Positions 40,457 through 50,838 are shown, counted from the stretch's first letter. The stretch: 64,000 bases of DNA from an uncultured delta proteobacterium (GCA_963778655.1 CAVZVA010000005.1:608001-672000); one strand, 5' to 3'. Notes: generated by a model from the letters alone, not told the origin. A program made the numbers and translations.

Positions 40457-40476
40457 ATCCGAATCGCCGTTCGCGA

Positions 40477-41319
40477 TCACGCCCGCGGCTTGTCCAGCTT
40501 CGCGAGCGCCTCGCGGCCGAGCTCGCCCGCGCGCTCGGTGGCGCTCTGCACGGCTTCGGCCACGATCGCAGCCAGACCGAGCTGCTGCAGGCGCTCGATG
40601 CCGGCCACGGTGGTGCCGCCCGGGCTCGACACCTTGCGCCGCAACGCTTCGGGTGGCTCGCCACTCTCGCGCAGCAGCTTGCCGGCGCCGTACACGGTCT
40701 GCGCCGCGAGCGCGGCGGCCGTGTCCTGCGGCAGCCCCACGCGCACGCCGGCCGCCGCCAGCGCCTCGCACAACAGGAACACGTACGCGGGGCCCGAGCC
40801 GCTCAGCGCGGTGACCGCGTCGAGCAGCGCTTCGGGCACGCGCGCGACCAGGCCCACGCTGCCGAAGATCGCCTCGGCCACGTCCATGTCGGCGGCCGTG
40901 GCGTGCGCGCCCGCGGCGATCGCGGTGGCGCCGGCCTGTACCAGCGCTGGCGTGTTCGGCATCGCGCGCACCACCCGGACGCCCGCGCCCAGCCGGCCCT
41001 CGATCGCGGCCAGCGGCACTCCGGCGGCGATTGACAGCACCAGCTTGCCGCCGAGCTGCGGCCCGAGCGTGGCGAGCACGTCTGGCAGCACCTGGGGCTT
41101 GGTCGCCAGCACCACCACCTCCGCATCGCGTGCGACCGCCGCGTTGTCGCTCGCGACCTCGATGCGGTGGCTCGCCTGCAACGCGGCCAGCACGTCGGCG
41201 CGCACGTCGCTGGCGGCGAGGTTGCGCGCCGGGCAGGTGCCGGCGGAGATCAGTCCCTGGATCATTGCGCCGGCCATGTTGCCGGCGCCCACGAAGGCGA
41301 TGCGCTGCGTCAACGTCAT
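40477..41319 (-). CDS. proC: Pyrroline-5-carboxylate reductase
   Basis: [28 protein letters not shown]. Confidence 0.95.
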   Translation of the reverse strand: MTLTQRIAFVGAGNMAGAMIQGLISAGTCPARNLAASDVRADVLAALQASHRIEVASDNAAVARDAEVVVLATKPQVLPDVLATLGPQLGGKLVLSIAAGVPLAAIEGRLGAGVRVVRAMPNTPALVQAGATAIAAGAHATAADMDVAEAIFGSVGLVARVPEALLDAVTALSGSGPAYVFLLCEALAAAGVRVGLPQDTAAALAAQTVYGAGKLLRESGEPPEALRRKVSSPGGTTVAGIERLQQLGLAAIVAEAVQSATERAGELGREALAKLDKPRA

Positions 41320-41402
41320 CAGCGGCAGCCTACGTGGCGGGCCGCGTGGCGCGCAAGCCGCGCAGCGACCGCCGGGGCGTGCATCGGCTATGCTTGCCGC
41401 CA

Positions 41403-42935
41403 ATGCCCTCTGCCGCCGAGGCCCTGCGCAGCGCGCTCGAGCGCTTCCTCTCCGGCGAGCACGCGGCGCATCTGCAGCGGCTGCGCGATCCGGGTGATGA
41501 TCAGGCTCCGCCCACGCGCGAGCAGGGCCGCTGGTTGCTCTCCGAGCGAGCGGTCGAGGCGTTGCGGGAAGCGCGCGAGAGCGGCGCGCTCGACGCCGAG
41601 CAGTCCCGCGCGATGCAGGCGCAGCTCGCCGCCGCGGGCTACCGCCTCGCGCTAGCGCCTGCCGAGCTGCGCCTGCGCCGCGCGCTGGCATCGGCGACGC
41701 TGCCCTCGGGCGGGCCGCTTTCACTGCCTCAGCTGGTCGCGCGGCTTGCGAGCGCCGACGACCACGGCCGGCGTGCGCTCGCGGCACGTGAGCTCGAACA
41801 GGTCTTGTTGCCGCCTGCGCTCGACTACCTGCGCGCGCAGCTGCAGGCCGAAGCGCCGCTGCGCGTGGCGCAGCCCGTGCCGGCGCCCGTGCACGCCGCC
41901 GAGGTCACACCGGCCGGGCAGGGTCTGCTGGTGGTGTCGGCGTTCAGCGTCGAAGCCTTGACCTCGCCGCCTGCACGCGACCTGCCTGACACCGGCTGGC
42001 TCGGCGACGCGCACGCCTTCCTGGAACGGACCGACGCCGCGGCCCACGACGCGGTGCGGCACGCCTTGCGCGCGTTCCGGCCCGGAGCGCGCATCGACTG
42101 GCACCTGCTGCTGCGCGGCCTGCGCGCGCCCGAGCTCGACTCCCGGCCCGCGGCCGACGCGCGCTGGCGACGCGTCGCGGGCTGGCTGCGCGGGCTGGGC
42201 TTTGGGCGCGAGCTTGACGCGCGCTTGCGCGCGCAGGTCGATCGCGGCGGCGCGCTTCCTCTGGCCAGTGTGATCGCGCCGGCGCCCCCGCGGGACGTGC
42301 GGGTGGCGCAAATCGCGCTCGACTACGGCGTGGCCAGCGACGTGCTGGCGACCGACGGCGTGGCGGGCGCGCTCGGGCTCGCGCTGGCCGCGCCCGCGCT
42401 GCCGCCCGAGCTGCGCTGGCCGATCGCCGGCAGCACGGCCGGCGCGCTCGGCGCGCTCGGCCTGCAGTTGCACGGCGAGCGCCAGCATCTGACACGCGTG
42501 CACGGCCTGGGCGCGGCCGAGGCCGAGCGTGTGGGCAGGCTCGCCGGCACGCTCGCGCTGCTCTACGCCCGCGCGTGGGTCGCGCTCGCGCTCGCGCCGC
42601 CCGGCCTCGCCGAGCAGGCACCGGCTCAGGCCGAGCTGCTGGCGGAGCTGCTGGGCCGCGCGCTGTGCTGCCAGCTGCCGCCCGGGATTGCGAGCCTGCT
42701 CGGCGCCGACCGCGTGCGCGCACGCGCCCGGGCCGAGGAGCTGCTGGCCGGGCTGGCGCTGCACCCCGCGCTGCGCGAGCGCTTCGACCTGGACTGGTTC
42801 CGCAACCCGCGTAGCGCGGAGCTGTTGCGCGGCATGTGCGCGCCGGGCGCCGCCCTCGCACCGGGGGTGGTGTGCGCAGAGCTTGGCAGCCCGCTTTCCG
42901 CAGCGGCGGCGCGGGCGCTCGAGCTCGTGACTTGA
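41403..42935 (+). CDS. Hypothetical protein, possibly degenerate peptidase M3-like
   Basis: Long coding-like ORF; C-terminal LRERFDLDWFRNP; no HExxH. Confidence 0.6.
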   Translation: MPSAAEALRSALERFLSGEHAAHLQRLRDPGDDQAPPTREQGRWLLSERAVEALREARESGALDAEQSRAMQAQLAAAGYRLALAPAELRLRRALASATLPSGGPLSLPQLVARLASADDHGRRALAARELEQVLLPPALDYLRAQLQAEAPLRVAQPVPAPVHAAEVTPAGQGLLVVSAFSVEALTSPPARDLPDTGWLGDAHAFLERTDAAAHDAVRHALRAFRPGARIDWHLLLRGLRAPELDSRPAADARWRRVAGWLRGLGFGRELDARLRAQVDRGGALPLASVIAPAPPRDVRVAQIALDYGVASDVLATDGVAGALGLALAAPALPPELRWPIAGSTAGALGALGLQLHGERQHLTRVHGLGAAEAERVGRLAGTLALLYARAWVALALAPPGLAEQAPAQAELLAELLGRALCCQLPPGIASLLGADRVRARARAEELLAGLALHPALRERFDLDWFRNPRSAELLRGMCAPGAALAPGVVCAELGSPLSAAAARALELVT

Positions 42936-42967
42936 CGGCCGTGGGCTGCGGCCAGCAGATTTGCTGG

Positions 42968-44281
42968 ATGACGTCGTTGAACAGCTCCGAGTTCGCCGCC
43001 CGCCGCGCCCGCTATCTACAGGAGATGGGCCGGGGCGTGGCGATCGTTCCGGCCGCGCCGATCGCCATCCGCAACAACGACGTGGAGCACGACTACCGCC
43101 AGGACAGCGATTTCTTCTACCTGACCGGTTTCGACGAGCCGCAGAGCGTGCTGCTGCTGACCACCGAGCACAAGGAGCACCGCTGCGTGGTGTTCGTGCG
43201 CAAGCGCGACAAGGAGCGCGAGACCTGGGACGGGCCGCGCGCGGGCTTGGAGGGCGCGAAGGAATGGCTGCAGGCTGACGCCGCCTATCCGATCGAGGAG
43301 CTCGAGCAACGCCTGCCCGACTATCTCGGCGACGTGCGGCGGCTGCACTATCGGCTGGCGGTCCATCCCGAGCTCGACGCGCTGCTGTTCCGCGTGCTCG
43401 AGGTGGTGCGGCGCAAGGCACGCGCCGGGGTGGTCGCGCCCAGCGAAATCGTCGACCTCACGCGCGACCTGCACGAGCTGCGGCTGCGCAAGTCGGAGGC
43501 CGAGCTCGGGGTGATGGCCCAGGCCGCCGCGATCAGCCGCGAGGCCCACGCGCGCGCCATGCAGGTGGCCCGTCCGGGGCGCTACGAATACGAGGTCGAG
43601 GCCGAGATCCTGCGCGTGTTTCGCGCGCACGGCGCCGAGCGCCCCGCCTATGGGAGCATCGTGGGCTCCGGCCCGAACGCCACCATCCTGCACCACCGCC
43701 GCAACGACCGGCAGATGCGCGAGGGCGATCTGCTGTTGATCGACGCCGGGGCCGAGTACGGCTACTACGCCAGCGATGTCACCCGGACCTTCCCGGTCAG
43801 CGGGCGCTTCAGCGCGCCGCAGCGGGCGATCTATGAGCTGGTGCTGGAGGCCCAGCTGGCGGCGATCGAGGCGGTGCGGCCGGGGGTCCCGTACACCGAG
43901 GTGCACGAGGTGGCGCTGCGGGTGCTGGCGGCTGGCCTGATCCGGCTGGGCCTGGTCGAAGGCCCGCTGGAACAAGCGTTGGAGGAGGGCCGCTACAAGC
44001 CCTACTACATGCACCGCACCTCCCACTGGCTGGGCATGGACGTCCACGACGTGGGCGACTATTTCGCGGACAAGCAGCCGCGCAAGCTCGAGCCGGGGAT
44101 GGTGCTGACGGTCGAGCCGGGGCTGTACGTGGCCGCCGATGCCGCGGTCGAAGACAAATGGAGGGGTATCGGGGTCCGGATCGAGGACGATATCGCCGTG
44201 ACTCAAACCGGCTACCGTAACCTGACGGCCGAGATCCCGAAGGACGCCGCCGAGCTCGAGCGCGTGCTGGGTGCGAGATAG
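42968..44281 (+). CDS. pepP: Xaa-Pro aminopeptidase
   Basis: YRQDSDFFYLTGF, YASDVTRTFP, HWLGMDVHD, EPGLY, GVRIEDD. Confidence 0.95.
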   Translation: MTSLNSSEFAARRARYLQEMGRGVAIVPAAPIAIRNNDVEHDYRQDSDFFYLTGFDEPQSVLLLTTEHKEHRCVVFVRKRDKERETWDGPRAGLEGAKEWLQADAAYPIEELEQRLPDYLGDVRRLHYRLAVHPELDALLFRVLEVVRRKARAGVVAPSEIVDLTRDLHELRLRKSEAELGVMAQAAAISREAHARAMQVARPGRYEYEVEAEILRVFRAHGAERPAYGSIVGSGPNATILHHRRNDRQMREGDLLLIDAGAEYGYYASDVTRTFPVSGRFSAPQRAIYELVLEAQLAAIEAVRPGVPYTEVHEVALRVLAAGLIRLGLVEGPLEQALEEGRYKPYYMHRTSHWLGMDVHDVGDYFADKQPRKLEPGMVLTVEPGLYVAADAAVEDKWRGIGVRIEDDIAVTQTGYRNLTAEIPKDAAELERVLGAR

Positions 44282-44305
44282 CCGGGCCCGGCGCCGCTCC
44301 GAGCG

Positions 44306-44334
44306 TTGACACGGGGCAAGCGCGCGACTAGGAA
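44306..44334 (+). promoter_or_regulatory. Putative sigma70 promoter of nuo cluster
   Basis: TTGACA-17 bp-TAGGAA; weak -10. Confidence 0.4.
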
Positions 44335-44405
44335 TTGGGGCGCCCATCCGCTGATTTTGCTAGTCATTTCGCGGATCGGTCTTTACGCTGCGGGACCGGC
44401 TGCCG

Positions 44406-44765
44406 ATGCTCGACCAATACCTGCCAGCGCTGCTGATGCTCGCGGTCGCGGTGATCTTCGCGGTCGCGCTGTTCACGCTCACCTCATCGCTGGGCCAGAA
44501 GCACATGACCCCCGAGAAGGCCATGCCCTACGAGGCCGGCTCGGACAGCGAGGGCGCCAACCAGATCCGCCTCAGCGTGAAGTTCTACCTGACCGCGATC
44601 CTGTTCGTGGTCTTCGACATCGAGGCCGTGTTCCTCTTCCCATGGGCGGGCATCTTTCGCAGCCTGGGCTGGTTTGGGCTGGTGGAGATGACCGCGTTCA
44701 TCCTGATCCTGGCGGTTACGCTGATCTACGCCTGGAAGAAGGGAGCGCTCGAATGGGAGAGATGA
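44406..44765 (+). CDS. nuoA: NADH-quinone oxidoreductase subunit A
   Basis: PYEAG, FVVFDIEAVFLFPW, KKGALEW. Confidence 0.95.
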   Translation: MLDQYLPALLMLAVAVIFAVALFTLTSSLGQKHMTPEKAMPYEAGSDSEGANQIRLSVKFYLTAILFVVFDIEAVFLFPWAGIFRSLGWFGLVEMTAFILILAVTLIYAWKKGALEWER

Positions 44766-45313
44766 GCACGCAGCTGGGATCGGAGCAGTCCGGTTTCGCC
44801 GTCACGCGCTTCGACGCGCTGCTGGCGTGGGCGCGCAAGTACTCGCTGTTCCAGTATCCGTTCGTGACCGCCTGCTGTGGCATGGAGCACATGGCCACGG
44901 CCGGCGCGCGCTACGACATCGAGCGCTTCGGCGCCGGGGCGCCACGCTTCAGCCCGCGCCAGAGCGACCTGATGTGGGTGGTGGGCACGATCACGCAGAA
45001 GCAGGCCCCGGCGCTCAAGCGCATCTACGACCAGATGACCGATCCCAAGTACGTGATCGCGTTCGGTACCTGCGCCTCGTGCGGCGGCTTCTACGACAAC
45101 TACACGACGGTGCCCGGCATCGACAAGATCATCCCGGTCGACGTGTTCATTCCGGGCTGTCCTCCCCGGCCGGAGGCGGTGCTCGACGGGTTGATGCTGT
45201 TGATGGAGAAGATCAGCAACGGCGATCGCGAGCCGGCGGTGGTGCCGCCCGAGAAGCTGCCGCCGCTGGTCGAGCTGCGGCACAAGGGCGAGCCCGAAGG
45301 GCAGGGCGCGTAG
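44762..45313 (+). CDS. nuoB: NADH-quinone oxidoreductase subunit B
   Basis: TACCGME, SPRQSD, GTCASCGG, PGCPPRPE. Confidence 0.95.
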   Translation: MSTQLGSEQSGFAVTRFDALLAWARKYSLFQYPFVTACCGMEHMATAGARYDIERFGAGAPRFSPRQSDLMWVVGTITQKQAPALKRIYDQMTDPKYVIAFGTCASCGGFYDNYTTVPGIDKIIPVDVFIPGCPPRPEAVLDGLMLLMEKISNGDREPAVVPPEKLPPLVELRHKGEPEGQGA

Positions 45314-45359
45314 CGCCCGCGCAGCGCAAGCGACCGATGAGCCAAGTCGTCAGGTAACC

Positions 45360-46016
45360 ATGAGTCAATTCGTTCTCGACCGGCTCAAGGCCGAGCTCGG
45401 CAGCCGCGTTCTGGCCACTACCAGCTTCAGGGGCGACGACGAAGCTCTGCTCGCGCCTGCGGACTGGCGCGCGGCGGCGCTGTTTCTGCGCGACGACCCG
45501 CAGTGCGCGATGGATCACTTCCTGGCCCTGACCGCGATTGACTATCCCGAGCGCGAGCCGGAGACGCCGCGCTTCGACGTGGTGGTGTGCGTGCGCTCGC
45601 TGGAGAGGAAGCACCGCGTGCGGCTCAAGGCCCAGGTGCGCGACGGCGAGGAGCTCGATTCGCTGGTGCCGGTGTGGCAGGGCGCGGACTGGACCGAGCG
45701 CGAGTGCTACGACATGTTCGGCGTACGCTTCCGGGGGCACCCGGACCTGCGTCGCATCCTGATGTACGAGGAGTTCGTCGGCCACCCGCTGCGCAAGGAC
45801 TACCCGATCAACAAGACGCAGCCGCTGGTGCCCTACCGCGACGTGCCGCCCGCCAAGCTGGCGCCGTTCGGGCAGGACATGGGCAATCCCTTCGGACGCA
45901 TCGACTGGCTGGCGCGCATGGGCGGCCGCAACCGCCAGGTCTCGCCCGCGATCGCGGTGCAGCAGGGGCAGAAGCCGGCGCTGAGCGCCTCGAGCGAAGA
46001 CACGCCCAAGGAATGA
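45360..46016 (+). CDS. nuoC: NADH-quinone oxidoreductase subunit C
   Basis: ERECYDMFGVRFRGHPDLRRIL, GHPLRKDYP. Confidence 0.95.
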   Translation: MSQFVLDRLKAELGSRVLATTSFRGDDEALLAPADWRAAALFLRDDPQCAMDHFLALTAIDYPEREPETPRFDVVVCVRSLERKHRVRLKAQVRDGEELDSLVPVWQGADWTERECYDMFGVRFRGHPDLRRILMYEEFVGHPLRKDYPINKTQPLVPYRDVPPAKLAPFGQDMGNPFGRIDWLARMGGRNRQVSPAIAVQQGQKPALSASSEDTPKE

Positions 46017-46064
46017 CCCGCGCGAGCGAGTCACGCGCAGCCTGAGGAGACCGCGGAGCAAGCC

Positions 46065-47642
46065 ATGCCCACCTTCAAACTGGACGGCCAGGAGATCCCG
46101 TTCGAGCCGGGCGAGACCATCATCCACGCGGCGTGGCGGCACGGTATCGAGATCCCGCACTACTGCTGGCACCCCGGCCTCTCGATTGCAGCGAACTGCC
46201 GCATGTGCCTGGTCGAGATCAAGACCGAGCGCCCGGTGATGATGCCGATCCTGAAGTGGGACGCGCAGAAGCAGCGCTACGAGCCAGCTACCAAGCCCAA
46301 GCTCGCGCCCGCCTGCCAGACGCCTGCGGTGGCGGGCCAGGAGGTGTTCGCGCGCAGCCCGGAGGCGAGCGGCGCGCACAAGCACGTGCAGGAGTTCCTG
46401 CTGCTCAACCATCCGGTCGACTGCCCGATCTGCGATCAGGCCGGCGAGTGCAAGCTGCAGGACTACTGGCTGACCAGCCAGGGCCAGCTCAAGCGCAAGC
46501 ACAGCGAGCCGGTGCACAAGCCCAAGGCGGTGCGCTTCGGGCCCACCATCGTCTACGACGGCGAGCGCTGCATCATGTGCACGCGCTGCATCCGGGTGTG
46601 CGACGAGTTGGTGGGCGACCACGTGCTCGACATGCGCGAGCGCGGCAACAAGAATGAGATCGTGGTCAGCCCGGGCCGCGAGCTCGACCACAAGTACACC
46701 TTCATGACCGAGCACGTGTGCCCGGTCGGCGCGCTGACCACGCGCGACTTCCGCTTCAAGGCGAGAGTGTGGTTCCTGCGCGCGCAGAAGAGCGTGTGCC
46801 CGGGTTGCGCCACCGGCTGCAACAGCTTCGTCGACTACGATCCGCGCGACAACCGCGTCTACCGCTTGCGCCCGCGCGACAACCACGAGGTCAACAAGTT
46901 CTGGATGTGCGACGACGGCATGATGAGCTACCACGCCCTGCACCAGGGGCGGGTGACCCAGGGCCGCGTGCGCAACGGCAGCGTGCGCGAGACCACGGCG
47001 CAGGACGCGCTGCGTGTCGCGGCCTCGACCTTGCAGTCGGTGCCCGGGGCCAAGCTGGCCGTGGTGCTGAGCGCGCAGCACAGCAGCGAGGACAACCTGG
47101 CGGCGGTCAAGCTGGCCTCCGCGCTGGGCGCCGACAAGCTGTACCTGGCCGCCCTGGGCGGTTGGCAGGGCGACGCGATCCTGCGCAGCAACGACAACAA
47201 CCCCAACCGCAAAGGCGCGCTGCAGGCCGCCGGGCGCGAGCTGCTGGGGTTGCCCGCGCTGCTGGCTGCGGTGGCGGCGGGCGAGGTACAGGCGGTGTTG
47301 GCACTCGGTGCCGCGTGCGCTGAGGACGCCGCGACGCTCGCGCCGCTGCGCGGGGTGAGCGTGGTCTCGCTGAGCAGCCACGCAGGCCCGCTCGGCGAGC
47401 TAGCCTCGGTGTTGGTACCGGTGGCCGCCTACGCCGAGATGGACGGTACTTTCGTCAATGCCAAGGGCATGGCACAGCGCTTCTGGCGTGCGGTCCCGCC
47501 GCCTGCAGGTGTGCGGCCGGCCTGGGAGACGCTGGCGGCGCTCGGCAAGGAGCTGGGCAAGGACCTGGGCTTTTCCCAGCTCAGTGAGCTGCGGCAGGCG
47601 CTGCCCGCGGGCGCGCCGGCGGCGGCGGAGGCGAGGGCCTGA
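46065..47642 (+). CDS. nuoG: NADH-quinone oxidoreductase subunit G (short form)
   Basis: YCWH...CRMC, HPVDCPICDQAGEC, CIMCTRC...CPVGAL, CPGCATGC...C. Confidence 0.9.
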   Translation: MPTFKLDGQEIPFEPGETIIHAAWRHGIEIPHYCWHPGLSIAANCRMCLVEIKTERPVMMPILKWDAQKQRYEPATKPKLAPACQTPAVAGQEVFARSPEASGAHKHVQEFLLLNHPVDCPICDQAGECKLQDYWLTSQGQLKRKHSEPVHKPKAVRFGPTIVYDGERCIMCTRCIRVCDELVGDHVLDMRERGNKNEIVVSPGRELDHKYTFMTEHVCPVGALTTRDFRFKARVWFLRAQKSVCPGCATGCNSFVDYDPRDNRVYRLRPRDNHEVNKFWMCDDGMMSYHALHQGRVTQGRVRNGSVRETTAQDALRVAASTLQSVPGAKLAVVLSAQHSSEDNLAAVKLASALGADKLYLAALGGWQGDAILRSNDNNPNRKGALQAAGRELLGLPALLAAVAAGEVQAVLALGAACAEDAATLAPLRGVSVVSLSSHAGPLGELASVLVPVAAYAEMDGTFVNAKGMAQRFWRAVPPPAGVRPAWETLAALGKELGKDLGFSQLSELRQALPAGAPAAAEARA

Positions 47643-48790
47643 TGGACGCGCTGGTCTGGCTCGCCGCGATCGCGAAGATCCTGTTCGTGTTGATCATCGT
47701 GCTGACCTTCGCGCCGCTGATGGTGTGGGCCGACCGTCGGCAGAGCGCGATGATCCAGGATCGCATCGGTCCGGTCCGCGCCGGCATCCCGATCGGCGGC
47801 AAGAACATCGCGCTGGTGGGTCTGCTGCACCCGCTGGCGGATGCGCTCAAGTTCATGTGGAAGGAGGACTTCATCCCTCCCCGCGCGGACAAGTTACTGC
47901 ACGCGCTGGCGCCGATCATCTCGGTGGTGCCTGCGCTGGCGGCCTTCACCGTGATCCCCTTCGGCGACAAGGTCTACCTCGACCATCTCAATGAAGTGCT
48001 GCCGGCCAATCCCACCGGCGTGGGTATTCCGTTTCAGATCGCCTCGCTCAACGTGGGCATCCTGTTCATCTTCGCGGTCGGCGGCACCGGCGTGGTCGGC
48101 GCGGCGCTGGCCGGGTACTGCAGCGACAACAAGTACGCCCTGCTCGGCGGGCTGCGCGCCGCCAGCCAGATGGTCAGCTACGAGGTCACGCTGGGGCTGT
48201 CAGTGGTCGGCTGCTTCATGGTCTACCAATCGCTGCTGCTCGAGGACATGGTGCAGTGGCAGATGCACCACCAGATCTTCGGCATCCACCTGTGGGGCAT
48301 CCTGGTCCAGCCACTGGCGTTCATCCTGTTCTTCACCGCGTCGGTGGCCGAGACGAAACGCGTCCCCTTCGACGTGCCCGAGGGCGAGAGCGAGCTCGCC
48401 GCCGGCTACTTCACCGAGTACTCGGGGATGAAGTTCGGCATGTTCATGATGGGCGAGTACATCGAGATCGTGGCTACCAGCTGTCTGCTGACCGCGCTGT
48501 TCTTCGGCGGCTGGGACGTGCCCTTCCTGTTCCCGGACGGCCTGCACGTGCACCTGCTGGGCTGGCATATTTTCGACCTGCCGTTGACCCACCTCACGGT
48601 CACCATCCTCAACGTGCTCAACTTCATGCTCAAGGTGGTGGCGCTGTGCTGGCTCAACCTGATGGTGCGCTGGTCGCTGCCGCGCTTCCGCTACGACCAG
48701 ATCATGAGCCTGTGCTGGCGCTACATGCTGCCGCTCTCGCTGCTGAACGTATTCGTCACCGGGATGTTCATTCTGCTATGGCCAAGCTGA
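47642..48790 (+). CDS. nuoH: NADH-quinone oxidoreductase subunit H
   Basis: QDRIGP, GGLRAASQMVSYE, PFDVPEGESEL, PRFRYDQ. Confidence 0.95.
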   Translation: MDALVWLAAIAKILFVLIIVLTFAPLMVWADRRQSAMIQDRIGPVRAGIPIGGKNIALVGLLHPLADALKFMWKEDFIPPRADKLLHALAPIISVVPALAAFTVIPFGDKVYLDHLNEVLPANPTGVGIPFQIASLNVGILFIFAVGGTGVVGAALAGYCSDNKYALLGGLRAASQMVSYEVTLGLSVVGCFMVYQSLLLEDMVQWQMHHQIFGIHLWGILVQPLAFILFFTASVAETKRVPFDVPEGESELAAGYFTEYSGMKFGMFMMGEYIEIVATSCLLTALFFGGWDVPFLFPDGLHVHLLGWHIFDLPLTHLTVTILNVLNFMLKVVALCWLNLMVRWSLPRFRYDQIMSLCWRYMLPLSLLNVFVTGMFILLWPS

Positions 48791-49392
48791 TCGCCAAACC
48801 CAAGATGAACGTGCGCGAGCAGGCGTACGTGCCCGAGATCGCCAAGGGTCTGAAGCTGACCATGGGCCGCTTCTTCAAGAACGTGTTCTCGGCGCGCGAG
48901 CACGATGCCGAGGGTAACAAGCTGCTGCGGCGCGGCGACATCGACACGGTGAACTACCCCGAGGAGAAGCGCGTCTACCCGCCGCGCTTCCGCGGCGTGC
49001 ACCGGCTGACCCACCGCGCGGACGGATCGCCGCGCTGCGTGGCCTGCCTGTGCTGCAGCACGGCCTGCCCGGCGCAGTGCATTCACATCGAGGCCGCGGA
49101 GTACGGGCCGGGCGACCCGCGCCAGGGCTACGAGCGCTTTCCCAAGGTGTTCGTGATCGACGAGCTGCGCTGCATCTTCTGCGGCTACTGCGTCGAGGCC
49201 TGCCCCTGCGACGCGATCCGCATGGACAGTGGCATGCACATGCCGCCCTCCACCCAGCGCAAGCACTTCATCTTCGACAAGACCCTGCTGATGGCCATCC
49301 CCGGCGCCGACGGCAGCTTCGAAACCGCCAACCCACGCCACGAGCCCGGCGAGCCAGACTTCCCAGGCATCGACCGCGAGAAGGCACACTAG
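48778..49392 (+). CDS. nuoI: NADH-quinone oxidoreductase subunit I
   Basis: YPEE, RFRG, two CxxCxxCxxxCP motifs. Confidence 0.93.
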   Translation: MAKLIAKPKMNVREQAYVPEIAKGLKLTMGRFFKNVFSAREHDAEGNKLLRRGDIDTVNYPEEKRVYPPRFRGVHRLTHRADGSPRCVACLCCSTACPAQCIHIEAAEYGPGDPRQGYERFPKVFVIDELRCIFCGYCVEACPCDAIRMDSGMHMPPSTQRKHFIFDKTLLMAIPGADGSFETANPRHEPGEPDFPGIDREKAH

Positions 49393-49490
49393 CCTGGCAG
49401 GGATGCGCGAGACCTAAGACGCAAGCTGAGGCAACTGGGCGCAGCACCCCCCGGTTGCCCTGGGGGTGGCCTCTGCTACCCTGGCGCGCC

Positions 49491-50669
49491 ATGGCGGAGC
49501 AGAAGCGACACTCCCTGACGCCCGCAGTGCACGGCGGGGAGCCCAAGCACTACGCGCACGACGCGCTCACCGCGCCGATCGTGCAGACGGCCACCTATAC
49601 CTTCGCGAATACCGCCGAGCTGGTCGAGTACATGGAGGGCCGCAAGGAGCGCGAGGAGTACGGCCGCTACGGCAACCCCACCGCTCGCCTGCTCGAAGAG
49701 CGCGTCGCCGCCCTCGAGGGCGCCGAGGACGCGGTCTGTTTCAGCAGCGGCATGGCCGCGGTCACCAGCGCCATTCTGGCCCTGGTCAAGTCCGGCGATC
49801 ACGTGATCCTGTTTGCCGACTGCTATCGGCGCACGCGCCAGTTCGTCACTCGCTTCCTGGCGCAATTCGGAGTCGAGCACACGCTGGTGCCGCCCGCCGA
49901 CGTCGAGGCGCTCGTGCAGGCGCTGCGGCCCAGCACGCGTCTGGTGATCAGCGAGGCGCCGACCAACCCTTACCTGACCGTGCCCGACCTCGCGCGCATG
50001 TCCGCGATCTGCAAGCCCAAGCGCGTCCGCACCTTGATCGACTCCACCTTCGCCACGCCCGTCAACCTCACGCCGCTCGACTACGGTATCGACCTGGTGG
50101 TGCACAGCGCCACCAAATATCTGGGTGGGCACAACGACGTGCTGGCCGGCGTGGTCACCGGAGGCGCGGGGTTGGTCTCGCTCATCCGCGACGTGCGCCA
50201 TATGATGGGCGCAGTGTGCGACGCGCACGCCGCCTTTCTGGTTCACCGCGGGCTCAAGACCCTGGCGCTGCGCGTGGCGCAGCAGAACGCTTCGGCCCAG
50301 ACGATCGCGGAGATGCTCGAGCGCCACCCCGCGGTGGCGCGAGTCTGGTACCCGGGGCTGCCCTCGCACCCCAACCACGCCAGCGCCGTGCGCCAGATGC
50401 GCGGCTTCGGCGGCGTGGTTAGCTTCGAGTTGCGCGGCGATCTCGATGCCACCTCCCGGTTCATCGACCGGCTCGAGATCCCGCGCATCGCGCCCAGCCT
50501 GGGCGGCGTCGAGAGCCTGGTCGAGCAGCCGGCGCTGATGAGCTACTTCGAGCTCACCACCGAGCAGCGCGAGGCGGTCGGCATCAAGGACAACTTGGTG
50601 CGCTACTCGGTCGGCATCGAAGACTGCGGCGATCTGATCGCGGACCTGGAACGCGCCCTGGGCCGGTAG
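49491..50669 (+). CDS. metB: Cystathionine gamma-synthase (plant-CGS-like transsulfuration enzyme)
   Basis: YGRYGNPT, FSSGMAA, HSATKYLGGHND, SLGGVESL. Confidence 0.8.
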   Translation: MAEQKRHSLTPAVHGGEPKHYAHDALTAPIVQTATYTFANTAELVEYMEGRKEREEYGRYGNPTARLLEERVAALEGAEDAVCFSSGMAAVTSAILALVKSGDHVILFADCYRRTRQFVTRFLAQFGVEHTLVPPADVEALVQALRPSTRLVISEAPTNPYLTVPDLARMSAICKPKRVRTLIDSTFATPVNLTPLDYGIDLVVHSATKYLGGHNDVLAGVVTGGAGLVSLIRDVRHMMGAVCDAHAAFLVHRGLKTLALRVAQQNASAQTIAEMLERHPAVARVWYPGLPSHPNHASAVRQMRGFGGVVSFELRGDLDATSRFIDRLEIPRIAPSLGGVESLVEQPALMSYFELTTEQREAVGIKDNLVRYSVGIEDCGDLIADLERALGR

Positions 50670-50696
50670 ATCGGCTCAGCCTGGGCCGGACATGAA

Positions 50697-50790
50697 ACAG
50701 GAAGGCGGGAAGACGGGAAGGCTCGTCGATCCGCCTGGATAGAAGGCCGACGTGGTCTTGCGCGGCACAGCGCACTGCCCGTCTTCCTGT
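50697..50790. repeat. GGGAAGAC-period palindromic repeat (best copy)
   Basis: ACAGGAAGGCGGGAAGACGGGAAG ... CTGCCCGTCTTCCTGT. Confidence 0.75.
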
Positions 50791-50838
50791 GGCTCATCCC
50801 CTGGTGGCCGGGCCGGGCACGGGTGTACACCGCAGGGC

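Noticed and set aside
49393..49490. SAM riboswitch before metB
   Set aside because: No SAM-I or SAM-II conserved motifs; only a GC hairpin.
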